A stretch of DNA of 64,000 nucleotides. Origin: an uncultured Solirubrobacterales bacterium (GTDB lineage Bacteria > Actinomycetota > Thermoleophilia > Solirubrobacterales > Solirubrobacteraceae). The translations under genes and the position numbers were made by a program. The first letter of the stretch is position 1; each line of letters starts with the position of its first letter. The stretch is taken from the NCBI GenBank assembly GCA_963777335.1, contig CAVZQD010000007.1, forward strand, positions 118,670 to 182,669. Reading direction: 5' to 3'. This document shows, piece by piece, positions 29,437-39,943 of the stretch. Under the pieces are notes generated by a model. It was not told the DNA's origin. It searched no databases and saw only the letters and a list, made by a program, of their open reading frames with translations.

Positions 29437-30347
29437 ATCGATCGGCTCCTCGGTCACTGCTGGGGACGCGCGGGCGCAGGCAGAAGCGGCCCAGCAGCCG
29501 GCGCCCGACGAAGCGAAGGTCATCCGCCGCGAGCGCCTGGCCCTGCTCCTGCGCTCGAAGACGTTCATCGCCGGCGCGGTGATCGTCCTCTTCTGGATCG
29601 TGTGCGCGATCTTCGGCCCTCTGATCGCGCCTGACGACCCGCTCCTCACCAACCCGGTCAACGCCCTGCATGCCGCCGTCCTCGGCGCATCTGTTCGGAA
29701 CCGACACGCTGGGGCGCGATGTGCTCTCGCGGGTGATCGTCGGAGCCCGCGACATCCTGATCGTCGCACCGCTGGCGACGCTGCTGGCCACCGCGTTTGG
29801 GACGCTGCTCGGCCTGATGACGGGCTATTTCCGTGGTCTCGTCGACGATGCGCTCGGCCGCATCATCGACGCCATGCTGGCCGTGCCGGTGGTGATCGTG
29901 GGTCTCCTCGCCATGGTCGCACTAGGGCCCTCGACGATCACGGTCATCTTGGTGATCGCCGTGGTATTCACACCGGTGATCGCGCGCACCGTCCGCGCCG
30001 CCGTGCTCGGCGAAGTCCAGTACGAGTATGTGGCGGCGGCACGCCTGCGCAACGAGCGGACGCCGTACATCCTGTTCGGAGAGATCCTGCCCAACGTGAT
30101 GGGTCCGGTGCTGGTCGAGTTCACGGTGCGGCTGGGGTACGCGATCTTCACGATTGCCACGCTCAGCTTCCTGGGCTTCGGCATCCAGCCGCCGGCGCCG
30201 GACTGGGGCCTGCAGATCTATCAGCACTACGGGTTGATCAGCGGCGGGTATTGGTGGCCGGTGCTGTTCCCCGCGCTCGCCATCGCCAGCCTGGTGATCG
30301 GCGTCAACCTGCTCGCGGACGGCATCAGCGGGGTCTTCGAGCGGTGA
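29420..30347 (+). CDS. Peptide-type ABC permease, DppC-like (frameshift near 29672)
   Basis: HLFGTDTLGRD, ILPN, LSFLGFGIQPPAPDWG. Confidence 0.88.
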
Positions 30348-32395
30348 GCGCCACCGTCCCGGAACCGACCGCCGTGCAGATCGCGCCCGCGCTCGAGCTT
30401 CGCGACCTCGAGGTCGCCTACCGGGTGCGAGGGATATGGCGCGCCGTGCTGCGCGGCGTCACCCTGTCGGTCGGGCGCAATGAGGCCTACGGGCTCGTGG
30501 GCGAATCGGGCTGCGGTAAGTCGACCGCCGCCTTTGCCGCGCTGCGCTACCTGCCGCGGAACGGGCGCGTGATGAGCGGCTCGATCCACGTCGACGGCGA
30601 GGATCTGCTCAAAATGAACGACAGTGAGGTGCAGCGGCTGCGCGTGAGCAAGGTGTCGATGGTCTACCAGAACCCGGCTGCGGCGCTGAACCCATCGATC
30701 CGGATCGGCGATCAGGTGGCCGAGGTGTACGCGCTGTCGGGCCATTCAGACGAGCAGGCTCGAGAGCACGCGCGAGAGATGCTGTCCAAGGTGCAGATAT
30801 CAGACCCGGCGTCGGTGATGCGCCGCTATCCGCATCAGCTGTCGGGCGGGATGAACCAGCGGGTCGTGATCGCGATGGCGCTGGCCACGAATCCGTCGCT
30901 CCTCATCCTCGACGAGCCCACCACCGGCCTCGACGCGACCGTCGAGGGAGAAGTGCTCGATCTCATCAAGTCGCTGCGTGACGAGTTCGAAACCAGCCTC
31001 CTGTTCATCACCCATAACCTCGGCGTGATGGCCAAGATGTGCGAGCGCATGGGCGTGCTGTACGCAGGTCGGCTCGTCGAGGAGGGCCCTGTCGCGCAGG
31101 TGTTCGATCGGCCGAGCCATCCCTACACGGTCGGGCTCCTGCGCTGCATCCCGCGCGGCGGCGTGCGCAAGGACAAGGAGACGCTCGACACGATTCCCGG
31201 CTTCCTGCCCCAGCTCGGGGCCGAGCTGCCCGCGTGCGTGTTCACCGACCGCTGCGGGCTGGCCGAGGACATCTGCCGACAGGAGGAGCCGCCATTTCAC
31301 CGGGTCACCGATGGACACTGCAGCCGCTGTCACTTCTACGACCGCGCCGGAACGGTACCGCGAGCAACCGCTGCACCGCCGGTGCCGGCGCAGACGCCTC
31401 GAGAGGAGCCGGTTCTCCTCGCGCGCGGAGTGCGGAAGACCTTCCAGCAGGAGGGTCATGCCATTCATGCCCTGGCCGACGTCGAGTTCGCGCTCAAGGA
31501 GGGGGAGACGCTCGGCCTGGTTGGCGAGTCGGGCAGCGGCAAGACCACCCTCGCCCGGCTGCTGATCGGCCTCAGCCCCCCGGATGAAGGGTCGGTCGTC
31601 GAGCTCGACGGGGCGCCCCTGGCCTCGACGGTGGGCAAGCGAAAGCACGAGCAGGTGCGCGCGTTGCAGATCGTCTTCCAGAACCCCGACTCGGCCCTGA
31701 ACCGTCGGTTCTCCGTTCACCGCATCCTCGGGCGTGCCCTGACGATGCTCACCGGGCAGCGCGGCGAGCAGCGCGAAGAGCGCCTGCGCCAGCTCGCCCA
31801 CTCGGTTCGCTTCGACGTGCGTCTGATCGGGGCCCGCCCGGCGCAGCTGTCCGGAGGGCTGAAGCAGCGCGTGGCGATCGCCCGCGCCTTCGCCGGCGAC
31901 CCGCGCGTCGTCGTCTGCGACGAGCCGACCTCTGCGCTGGACGTCTCGGTGCAGGCCGCGATCCTCAACCTGCTGGTGGAACTGCAAGCCCAGAAGAAGG
32001 TCGCCTATCTGTTCATCTCGCACGATCTCGGCGTGGTCCGTTATCTGTCGGACCGAATTGCCGTCCTGTATCTGGGAAGGTTGATGGAGCTGGGGCCGGC
32101 CGGGGAGGTGTTCGATCCGCCGCAGCATCCGTACACGGAAGCCCTCGGCTCCGCCGTCCCGACCGCCGAGGGCACCGAACGCGAGCGCATCCGGCTGGTG
32201 GGCGAAATTCCCAGCGCCGCCTCGCCGCCGTCGGGCTGCGTGTTCCACACGCGCTGCCCGCGCTACATCGGCGACATCTGCAAGACCGAGGAGCCAGAGT
32301 TGCGGGAAGTCGAACCCGGTCACTTCTGGCGCTGCCACTATTCCGCCGAGGATCTGCGAGAGCTGCAAAAGACGCCGCCGGAGCCTCGCGTCTGA
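30344..32395 (+). CDS. Fused double-domain ABC ATPase (DppD/F-like)
   Basis: GESGCGKS/LSGGM/DEPTT and GESGSGKT/LSGGL/DEPTS, each with a Cys-rich tail. Confidence 0.92.
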   Translation: MSATVPEPTAVQIAPALELRDLEVAYRVRGIWRAVLRGVTLSVGRNEAYGLVGESGCGKSTAAFAALRYLPRNGRVMSGSIHVDGEDLLKMNDSEVQRLRVSKVSMVYQNPAAALNPSIRIGDQVAEVYALSGHSDEQAREHAREMLSKVQISDPASVMRRYPHQLSGGMNQRVVIAMALATNPSLLILDEPTTGLDATVEGEVLDLIKSLRDEFETSLLFITHNLGVMAKMCERMGVLYAGRLVEEGPVAQVFDRPSHPYTVGLLRCIPRGGVRKDKETLDTIPGFLPQLGAELPACVFTDRCGLAEDICRQEEPPFHRVTDGHCSRCHFYDRAGTVPRATAAPPVPAQTPREEPVLLARGVRKTFQQEGHAIHALADVEFALKEGETLGLVGESGSGKTTLARLLIGLSPPDEGSVVELDGAPLASTVGKRKHEQVRALQIVFQNPDSALNRRFSVHRILGRALTMLTGQRGEQREERLRQLAHSVRFDVRLIGARPAQLSGGLKQRVAIARAFAGDPRVVVCDEPTSALDVSVQAAILNLLVELQAQKKVAYLFISHDLGVVRYLSDRIAVLYLGRLMELGPAGEVFDPPQHPYTEALGSAVPTAEGTERERIRLVGEIPSAASPPSGCVFHTRCPRYIGDICKTEEPELREVEPGHFWRCHYSAEDLRELQKTPPEPRV

Positions 32396-32399
32396 CTTC

Positions 32400-33586
32400 G
32401 TGGCGCCGGCTGCTGCGATCGAGATCGACGCCGTCGTCCTGCGTAAGCCCGGCCGGCCGGTGGGCGTCGAGCGGGTTCGGCTAGATCCGCCGCGCCCGGA
32501 CGAGGTGCTCGTCCGGGTCGCCGCCGCTGGTGTCTGTCACTCCGATCTGCATCTGGCCGACGGGCGGCTCGGCCCCAACAGATGGCCGATGGTGCTCGGG
32601 CACGAGGGCGCGGGCGTGGTCGAGGCCACCGGCGAACGCGTTGACGGTCTGTCCGCCGGGGACCACGTGGCGTTCTGTTTCGTGCCGTCGTGTGGTGCAT
32701 GCCGCCAGTGCCGCTCAGGCCGCCCGACGCTGTGCGAGACGGTTGGGCGCAACAACGTGGCCGGGATGCTGATGGACGGAACCTCGCGCCTGCGCGCGCG
32801 GGACGGGACCTCCTGCAGCACGGATTGATGGTCGCCTGTTTTGCGGAGTACGCGGTGGTTCCTGCCCGTGGGGCGGTGCGAGTGCCGCGGTCGATCCCGC
32901 TGTGGGAGGCCGCACTGCTCGGCTGCGGCGTCGTGACCGGGATCGGCGCTGTCAACCGCGCCGGTGTGCGCGTCGGCGATTCGGTGTGCGTGATTGGGTG
33001 CGGCGGCGTCGGGCTGCAGGTGATCGCGGGTGCGCGGCTCGCCGGCGCCACCACGATCGTCGCCGTGGACCGGACTGCGGACAAGCTCGAGCTTGCCCGG
33101 CGGCGCGGCGCAACGGACACCGTGATCGCGACTGAACGCGACGTGGCCGAGCGGGTGCGCGCGATTGCCGACGGTGGGGTCGAGCATGCGTTCGAGGTCG
33201 TCGGCAGCGCGGCCACCATCCGGCAGGCCTGGGATGTCCTGCGGCCGGGCGGCACCGTGACCGTGGTCGGCGTCACCCCGCAGGGAGCCGACGTAGTCTT
33301 ACCGGCGATCGACTTCCTCAGCGAAAAGACGATCACCGGTAGCTACTACGGTTCTAGCGACGTCCATACCGCGCTCGATCAGATCGTGCAGCTCGTGATC
33401 AGCGGCCGGCTGGAGCTCGGCGAGGTCGTCTCCGACTTGATCGGCCTCGACGAGGTCGAAGCCGCGCTCGAGCGTCTGCGACACGGGCTGGGGTTCCGGT
33501 CGGTGATCGTGATCGACGAGGGGCTCGCGGGCGCGGCGCGCGCTCGAGCCGAGCTCACCGGCGCGCCTCGCCCGCACCAGTCCTAG
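32400..33586 (+). CDS. Zn-dependent alcohol/formaldehyde dehydrogenase family (frameshift near 32808)
   Basis: GVCHSD, GHEGAG, CGACRQC..C, GCGVVTG, GCGGVG. Confidence 0.88.
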
Positions 33587-34599
33587 ATCACGTGGTTGGC
33601 CTTCAGGAAAGCCGCCGCGACGGTTGCCGGCGGTTGCTTGTCGATCGCGACCGCCTTGTTCATGGCGATGATCGCCGGGGTGGTCAAGAGCTTGTTTATC
33701 TGGTCGACGACGGTGAGAACGTTCGGACAGACGCTGAGCTTGTTCTTGTTGATCACCAGGGCGATGTTCTGGAAGCCGAAGATGTTCTTCGGATCCTTGA
33801 GGACCACATATTTGCCGCTGGCCAGCTGGGGGTCGGTCGTGAAAACGTCGATCGCATCGACCCCGTGACTGTCGAGCGCCTGGTACTGGATCCCGAGCGC
33901 AAGGGACTTGAACGTGAAGTTGTGCAGCCCGTAGGCGCTCTTCATCCCCGCTGCTCCCTCCTGACGATTGAGGAACTCAGGGCGAGCTCCGAGCGTGAAG
34001 TGGGGCACGTTCTTGAGGTCCGCCACGGTGACCAGGTGGTACTTCGCCGCGAAGGGCTTGAGAACCGCGATGGCATCCGTGTCGAAGAACGGCGTCATCT
34101 CGCTCATGACCTGTCCCCGCTTGGCGTAGAAGGCCTTGGCGAGGTTGTACTCCTCCTGCGGGCTGGTGACCGTCTGGTTGATCTTGGCCACCGTGGCCAC
34201 TGATTCGCCGGTGTATTCGGGGTAGGCGTCGATCTGGCCGCTCGTGAGCGCCTTGTCAACGATCTCGGTGGCGCCGATGTTCTCCTTGTAGTTGATCTTG
34301 CAGCCCTTGGCCTCGAGGGCCTGCTTGTACAGCTGGCCCAGGATGAACTCCTCGGTGAAGTCCTTCGTCCCCAACGTGAGCGTCCCGGACGAGCCGCCGG
34401 AGGAAGCGCTGGTCGTGCTCGCCGGGGTGGAAGCGCTGGCCGAGGTGCTCGACGAGGCGGCGGCCGAGGAGCTCGACTTGCTGCTCCCACATGCGGCCAT
34501 CAGCAGGGCCGCGATGATGGCCAGGGCCACCGCCGTCAGAATCCGGGTCACGTGCGGCGGTTGCGTGGCCGCTCGGTGTCCGGTTGATTGTCTTCTCAT
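33583..34599 (-). CDS. Glycine-betaine/OsmF-type ABC substrate-binding lipoprotein
   Basis: LMAAC lipobox, GTKDFTEEFIL, IDAYPEYTG, FTTDP. Confidence 0.9.
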   Translation of the reverse strand: MRRQSTGHRAATQPPHVTRILTAVALAIIAALLMAACGSSKSSSSAAASSSTSASASTPASTTSASSGGSSGTLTLGTKDFTEEFILGQLYKQALEAKGCKINYKENIGATEIVDKALTSGQIDAYPEYTGESVATVAKINQTVTSPQEEYNLAKAFYAKRGQVMSEMTPFFDTDAIAVLKPFAAKYHLVTVADLKNVPHFTLGARPEFLNRQEGAAGMKSAYGLHNFTFKSLALGIQYQALDSHGVDAIDVFTTDPQLASGKYVVLKDPKNIFGFQNIALVINKNKLSVCPNVLTVVDQINKLLTTPAIIAMNKAVAIDKQPPATVAAAFLKANHVI

Positions 34600-34612
34600 T
34601 CTCTTTTCCTCC

Positions 34613-35326
34613 TCACTGGTTAGTGACCACCCCAGAGGGCCAGTCCGGTTGCACGGATGGTTCGAGGCGTTTTGCCCGGCCGAGCCTTCGTAGCGGCGCC
34701 GGCGTGATCACGTACTGAACCAGGGCAAGAAGACCATCCACCGTAAACGCGAGCACGGTGATCGTCAAGGCGCCGGCGATCACACCGGCGGTTCCGTACG
34801 TCGGCTCGTTGACGATGATGTCGCCGAGTCCACCGCCTCCCGCGAAGGTGGCCAGCGTTGCCGTCGCCACGACATAGACCGTCGCGGTCCGAACACCCGC
34901 GAAGATCAGCGGCATCGCCAGTGGCAGCTCCACGCGCCATAGCACCTGCGAAGGGCGCATTCCCATAGCGCGCGCCGCCTGCACGGCGTCAGGGTCGACC
35001 TGATCGACGGCGACGTAGGCGTTGGTCAGGATCACCGGAGCGGCCAGAATGACCAGGGCGGCCATCACGTTGACGAACCCGATGCCCAGGAAGGCGATCA
35101 AGAGCGAGATCACCGCGAGACTCGGAAGCGCGCGCCCGATGGTGGAGGTGTTGATGGCGAAGAACGACCAGCGGTGCATGTGCCCGAGCCAAACGCCCAA
35201 CGGGACCGCGAGCAGGATCGCGACGGCGATCGAGGCGAACGAGATCTCCAGATGCGCGACGATCTTGTTCGCCATCAGGCTGAGGTTGTTGAAGAAGAAC
35301 GTGAAGGCGTCGACGAAGGCGTGCAT
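34613..35326 (-). CDS. Osmoprotectant ABC permease
   Basis: RALPSLA, AARAMGM, VELPLAMP, GGGGLG. Confidence 0.9.
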   Translation of the reverse strand: MHAFVDAFTFFFNNLSLMANKIVAHLEISFASIAVAILLAVPLGVWLGHMHRWSFFAINTSTIGRALPSLAVISLLIAFLGIGFVNVMAALVILAAPVILTNAYVAVDQVDPDAVQAARAMGMRPSQVLWRVELPLAMPLIFAGVRTATVYVVATATLATFAGGGGLGDIIVNEPTYGTAGVIAGALTITVLAFTVDGLLALVQYVITPAPLRRLGRAKRLEPSVQPDWPSGVVTNQ

Positions 35327-35337
35327 GTCAGTGCATA

Positions 35338-36080
35338 TCAGGCGTCGCGAAGGCGGCGCCGGCTCCACGGTGTCATCGCTCGCTGAAGCAACACCAGTAA
35401 CACGTCGGCGACGATGGCGAGGGCAATCGCGAGCACTCCAGCCGCGATGAACTCTGTCTTGAATCCCGTCTGGATCGCGTCGAAGATCGGAGCGCCAAGT
35501 CCCCCGACGCCGATATAGGCAGCGACGGTGGCCAGGCTGATCGTCGTGACGGTGGCGATCCGCACGCCGGCCATGATCGCGGGCAGGGCAAGCGGCAGCT
35601 CCACGCGGATGAGGCTCTGACGGGAGCTCAGGCCCATCGCGCGAGCCGCCTCGATGGCCGGTTGCGGCACGCCCCGCAAGCCGGTCAGCGTGTTGCGGAA
35701 CAGGATCAGCAGGGTGTAGGAGACCAGACCGATCTCGGCCGTCGTCGACCCAGCCCCGTGATCGGCACGAGCAACTCGAACAGCGCGAGGCTGGGGATCG
35801 TGTAGAGAAAGGCGGAGAACAGGGAGAACGGACCCTCAAACCAGCTCCGCTTATAGGCGAGGATCGCCGCGGTAAACGCGATCACGAAGCCCACGCCGAC
35901 GGCGATGCCGGTGAGCACGATGTGCTCGATCAGCCGCGGCTCGAACCGCGAGCTGAAGTTGTGAAAGAACCAGCTGGCGCAGAACTGATGGTTCTGCACG
36001 ATGCAGGTCGAGCCACCGCCGAAGTTCGGAATGACCGGGCCGCCGGAGGCGATGATCGGCGCGACCATGATGATCGTCAC
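35338..36080 (-). CDS. Osmoprotectant ABC permease (frameshift near 35750)
   Basis: LYTIPSLAL; EAARAMGL, VELPLALP, GGLG in next frame. Confidence 0.88.
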
Positions 36081-37145
36081 GCGCCGGCCTCGCCGGCCAC
36101 GGCGGTTGCCGGGCGGCCAGGCTCGTGATCGGGTGCGATCGATTGGGTAATGGTGGTTAGAGCGACGCTCCCGATCGTATGGCCTGCGTCGTCGGCCACG
36201 TCCAGGTGCATGGTGCCCTCGGCCAGCATCATCGACAGCGCATAGTGGAGGGTGGTGTCCGCCGGGATCGTCGGTCCCCCAGACGGGCCGTCGGGCAAGG
36301 GAGGATCGAGCTTCAGATCGCTCACGCTCCTGACCCGGAGTCGCTTCAGCCCTCGGTCGGCGCCGACGAAGCGGGCGACGAACTCATCGGCCGGACCCGC
36401 GAGCAGCTCGTCAGCCGTGCCCATCTGGATCAGGCGGCCGTCGCGCATGATGGCAATTCGATCACCCATCTTGATCGCTTCATCGATGTCATGGGTGACG
36501 AAGATCACGGTCTTGCGCACCTGACGGTGAAGGGTCAGGAAGTCGTTCTGGAGACGCTCACGGGCGATCGGGTCGATCGCGCCGAACGGCTCGTCCATGA
36601 GCATGATCGGCGGATCGGCGGCCATCGCCCGAGCGACGCCGATGCGTTGCTGCTGGCCACCGGAGAACTCCCTGGGTAGCGGCTCAAATACTCTCGCGTC
36701 GAGCCCCACCAGTTCGAGCAGCTGGGACGCGCGTTCTCGGATCCGCGCCTTGGACCAGCCGAGCAGGCGCGGCACGGTGCCGATGTTGTGCTCGACCGTC
36801 ATGTGTGGAAACAACCCGATCTGCTGGAAGACGTAGCCGATGCCTCGGCGGAGCTGTGCCAGGTCCAGGTCGCGCACGCTCTTGCCGTCGATCGTGATGT
36901 CGCCGTCGGTGATCGAGATCAATCGGTTGACCATCTTCAGGGCGGTGGTCTTGCCGCACCCGGAAGGTCCGATCAGCACACAGATCTCTCCCGGCGGCAC
37001 CTCAAAGGTGAGGTTGTCAACCGCCGGAGCCTGCCTTCCGGTATAGCGCTTGACGACGGCGCGAAAGGCGATCTCCGCCGGCGCGGCGTGCGATGGTTCA
37101 CGGCCGGAAGCCGATCCCCTGGATGGGCTCAGCCGTTGTGCCCAT
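36077..37145 (-). CDS. Osmoprotectant ABC ATPase (5' indel; start uncertain)
   Basis: GPSGCGKTT, FSGGQQQR, MDEPFGAIDP, VTHD. Confidence 0.88.
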
Positions 37146-37320
37146 CGGGGTTGTATATCAGGTTCGACTGGTGGAGCTGACGCTGTCCGATCAGGGTTCG
37201 CGGACCGGTGGCGGGCAGCGTCAAGCCACGTTTCCGCGTCGCTGCGATGCTCTGCTCGCGAGTATCCTCGCCCCCCGGGAACGACGTTGTGATCCGATAT
37301 GACATCGAGAAGCGGGTGCC

Positions 37321-37851
37321 GTGAGCACCGACGATCTCGACGGGCGGATCGGCGAGGGTTGGGGCGGCGACCCCGGGCCCAACGGCGCTCACGTCAACGT
37401 GGTCTTGGGAGCCCGCGGGTCGGCGACGGCCGCTGCTTTGCTCGGGACGTTCACGACGCCGGCGCCGGGGCACACCCCGATCCTGGTCGTGGTCGGCGAG
37501 GCCCAGGACCGCTACGAGCTCGTGTGGCCGCCGACGATCATGATCAACAAGGCGACCGCGGTCGAGGAGCTCCACCAGACGATCACCTGGGGTGCGGGAC
37601 AGCTGGGGATCGCGCAGGGGGTGCTCGACGCGGTCGCGGACGGTTTACTCCAGGCGACCGGGGATCTGGTCGTGTTCGTGTGCATCTGGATCGACCCGGG
37701 CGCGGCCGACGAGACCGCCGTCCGGAACGCGGCGCGCGTCGCGGTGCGCCGCGCGATCGGCGTGGCGGTCGAGGGCCGCGACCCCGAGGCGGCGCGGGGT
37801 CTGGTGGCGCGCCGCGAGGAGGTCACGAGCCCGTTCTACGGGGGGTCGTAG
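37321..37851 (+). CDS. Formaldehyde-activating enzyme (Fae) family homologue
   Basis: IGEG..G, AHVNVVLG, GHTP, PPTIMINKA, WGAGQLGIAQGV.DAV. Confidence 0.75.
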   Translation: MSTDDLDGRIGEGWGGDPGPNGAHVNVVLGARGSATAAALLGTFTTPAPGHTPILVVVGEAQDRYELVWPPTIMINKATAVEELHQTITWGAGQLGIAQGVLDAVADGLLQATGDLVVFVCIWIDPGAADETAVRNAARVAVRRAIGVAVEGRDPEAARGLVARREEVTSPFYGGS

Positions 37852-37891
37852 TGGTCGCCTGCGCGCGGATTTGCGGAGGGGGCCACACGCC

Positions 37892-39020
37892 GTGAAGATC
37901 ACGGCGATCCGGGTCCAGCGTCTGCACCTGCCCCTGGACCCGCCGTTCTACGCCGCCTGGGATCCGGACCCGCGCCGGTCGTTCGAGGCGACGATCGTGC
38001 GCGTCGAGACCGACGCGGGACTCGTCGGTGTCGGCAGCGGGGACACGATGGCGGGGTTTGATGATTTTGTTTCGGTGTTCGTGGGCCGGGACGCGCTCGC
38101 CATCGAGCGTCATGCACGGGCGCTCGAGACGGTGTCTTTTCACGCGGGCCGATACTGGCCGCTCGAGGCGGCGCTGTGGGACCTGTTCGGCCAGGCGTGC
38201 GGCGTGCCGGTGGCCTCGCTGCTCGGGGGGCGCGCGCTCCGAGTTGCCGGCGTATGCGTCGTGGGGCGAGCTGCGCCCGCCCGGCCGGCGGGCCGAGGAC
38301 GCGCTGGGCTTAGTCGAGGAGGGCTTCCGGGCGGTCAAGATCCGGATCGCGCCCGAGCGAGCCGACGAGGGGGTCGGCGTGGTCGCCGCGGTTCGGGACG
38401 CGGTCGGCGATCGCCTCGAGATCATCGTCGACCTCAACCAGTGGTGGCGGATGGCCGGCGATCTGGGCCCGCGGCTCGACCCCGCCGGCGCGCGGCGGAT
38501 CGTCGAGCGCCTGCGGGCCTACGGTGTCCTGTGGGTCGAGGAGCCGCTCCCGGGCGAGGACCTCCGAGGGATGCGGATGCTGCGGGACGAGACCGGCGTG
38601 CGGATCGGGGGCGGCGAGATGGCCCGCACGTTCGAGGAGCTCCGGCTGGCGTTGGAGGCGGACGCGCTCGACGTGCTCCAGCCGGATGTCGTGCTGGCTT
38701 TGGGCGTGTCCGGCGCACGGACGCTCGGCGAGCTGGCACTGCGGCGGAACCGGTGGTTCACGCCCCATACCTGGACGAACGGGATCGGCGTGCTCGCCAA
38801 CCTGCACGTGTGCGCGGGGATCGGCGGCGGACCGTTTCTCGAGTTCCCCTACGACCCGCCGGGATGGACGCCGGCGCGGCGCGACTTCATGCTCGCCTCG
38901 CCGGTGAGCGTCGATGCGCGCGGGATGGTGCGGGTTCCCGACGCGCCCGGGCTGGGCGTGCGGCTCGACGAGGACGCGGTGGCGTTCTACGCCGGGGACC
39001 GGGAGGCGGTGCGGGCCTGA
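37892..39020 (+). CDS. Mandelate racemase/enolase superfamily enzyme (frameshift near 38235)
   Basis: EAALWDL.G, KIR, DLN, EEP, GGE, PHTW, PGLG. Confidence 0.88.
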
Positions 39021-39943
39021 GCCGCGCGGCGTTCATCGACGGGCGGGTCGGGTTCGTCGGGCTCGGCCACATGGGTGGTCCGATGTGCGCTCACCTGGTC
39101 TCGGCCGGGTTTGAGGTGACAGCGTTTGATCTTTGCGCCGTCGCGCTCGCCCGGCTCGTCGATGCGGGTGCGCGGGAGGCTGGGTCGGTGTCGGACTGTG
39201 CGCGCCGAGCCGAGGTGCTGATCACGATGCTGCCCGCGCCGCCGCAGGTCGAGCAGGTGCTACTGGGCGAGGGCGGCGGGATCGCTGCTTTGGAGCCGGG
39301 GTCGATCGCGATCGACATGAGCACGAGCTCGACCGCCGTCGGGGCGCGGGTGGTGCAAGCGGCGCGTTCGCGCGGAGTCGATGTGCTCGACGCGCCGGTC
39401 GCGGGGCAGTCGATCGGCGCCAAAGCGGGAACGCTCGCGATCTACGTCGGCGGCTCGGAGGCGGTGTTCGCCCGCGCGTTGCCGCTGTTCGAGGCGATGG
39501 GCGACCCGGATCGGATCTTCCACCTTGGCGACAACGGTGCGGGCTACACGGTCAAGCTGCTGCTCAACCTGCTGTGGTTCATCGAGTCGGTCGCGGTCGG
39601 GGAGGTGTTGAGCGTGGGCGTGCGCGCCGGCGTGTCGCTGGACCGGTTGCACGCGGCGCTGGTCGGCTCGCCGGCGAACTCGGTGTTCCTCGAACGCGAC
39701 GTGCGCATGGTGCTCGACGACGGCGACTACGACGAGGCGTTTCCGATGCGGCTCGTCACCAAGGATCTCGGGCTCGCCGTCGACCTCGCCCGCGACGTCG
39801 GGGTGCCGGTCGAGCTGACCGCGCTCGTCGAGCAGATCCACCGGCGAGCGCGCGCGCAGTACGGCGACGACGCCGGCGAGATCAGCGCCGTCCGGCTGTA
39901 CGAGGACCTGGCGGGCGTCAGCCTGCGGCTGGGACAAACGTGA
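39017..39943 (+). CDS. Beta-hydroxyacid (HIBADH-like) dehydrogenase (start uncertain)
   Basis: GFVGLGHMGGPM, DMST, LDAPV, G..VKLL.N, KDL. Confidence 0.88.
   Translation: MSRAAFIDGRVGFVGLGHMGGPMCAHLVSAGFEVTAFDLCAVALARLVDAGAREAGSVSDCARRAEVLITMLPAPPQVEQVLLGEGGGIAALEPGSIAIDMSTSSTAVGARVVQAARSRGVDVLDAPVAGQSIGAKAGTLAIYVGGSEAVFARALPLFEAMGDPDRIFHLGDNGAGYTVKLLLNLLWFIESVAVGEVLSVGVRAGVSLDRLHAALVGSPANSVFLERDVRMVLDDGDYDEAFPMRLVTKDLGLAVDLARDVGVPVELTALVEQIHRRARAQYGDDAGEISAVRLYEDLAGVSLRLGQT

Noticed and set aside
30800-32368. Long antisense ORFs (also 43933..45738, 51704..53086, 55264..56817)
   Set aside because: Shadow frames of real genes in GC-rich DNA.
29192-32395. 1067-aa permease-ATPase fusion ORF
   Set aside because: Chimera of three genes produced by frameshifts.
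37592-39943. 783-aa enolase-HIBADH fusion ORF
   Set aside because: Frameshift read-through; the enolase has its own stop at 39020.
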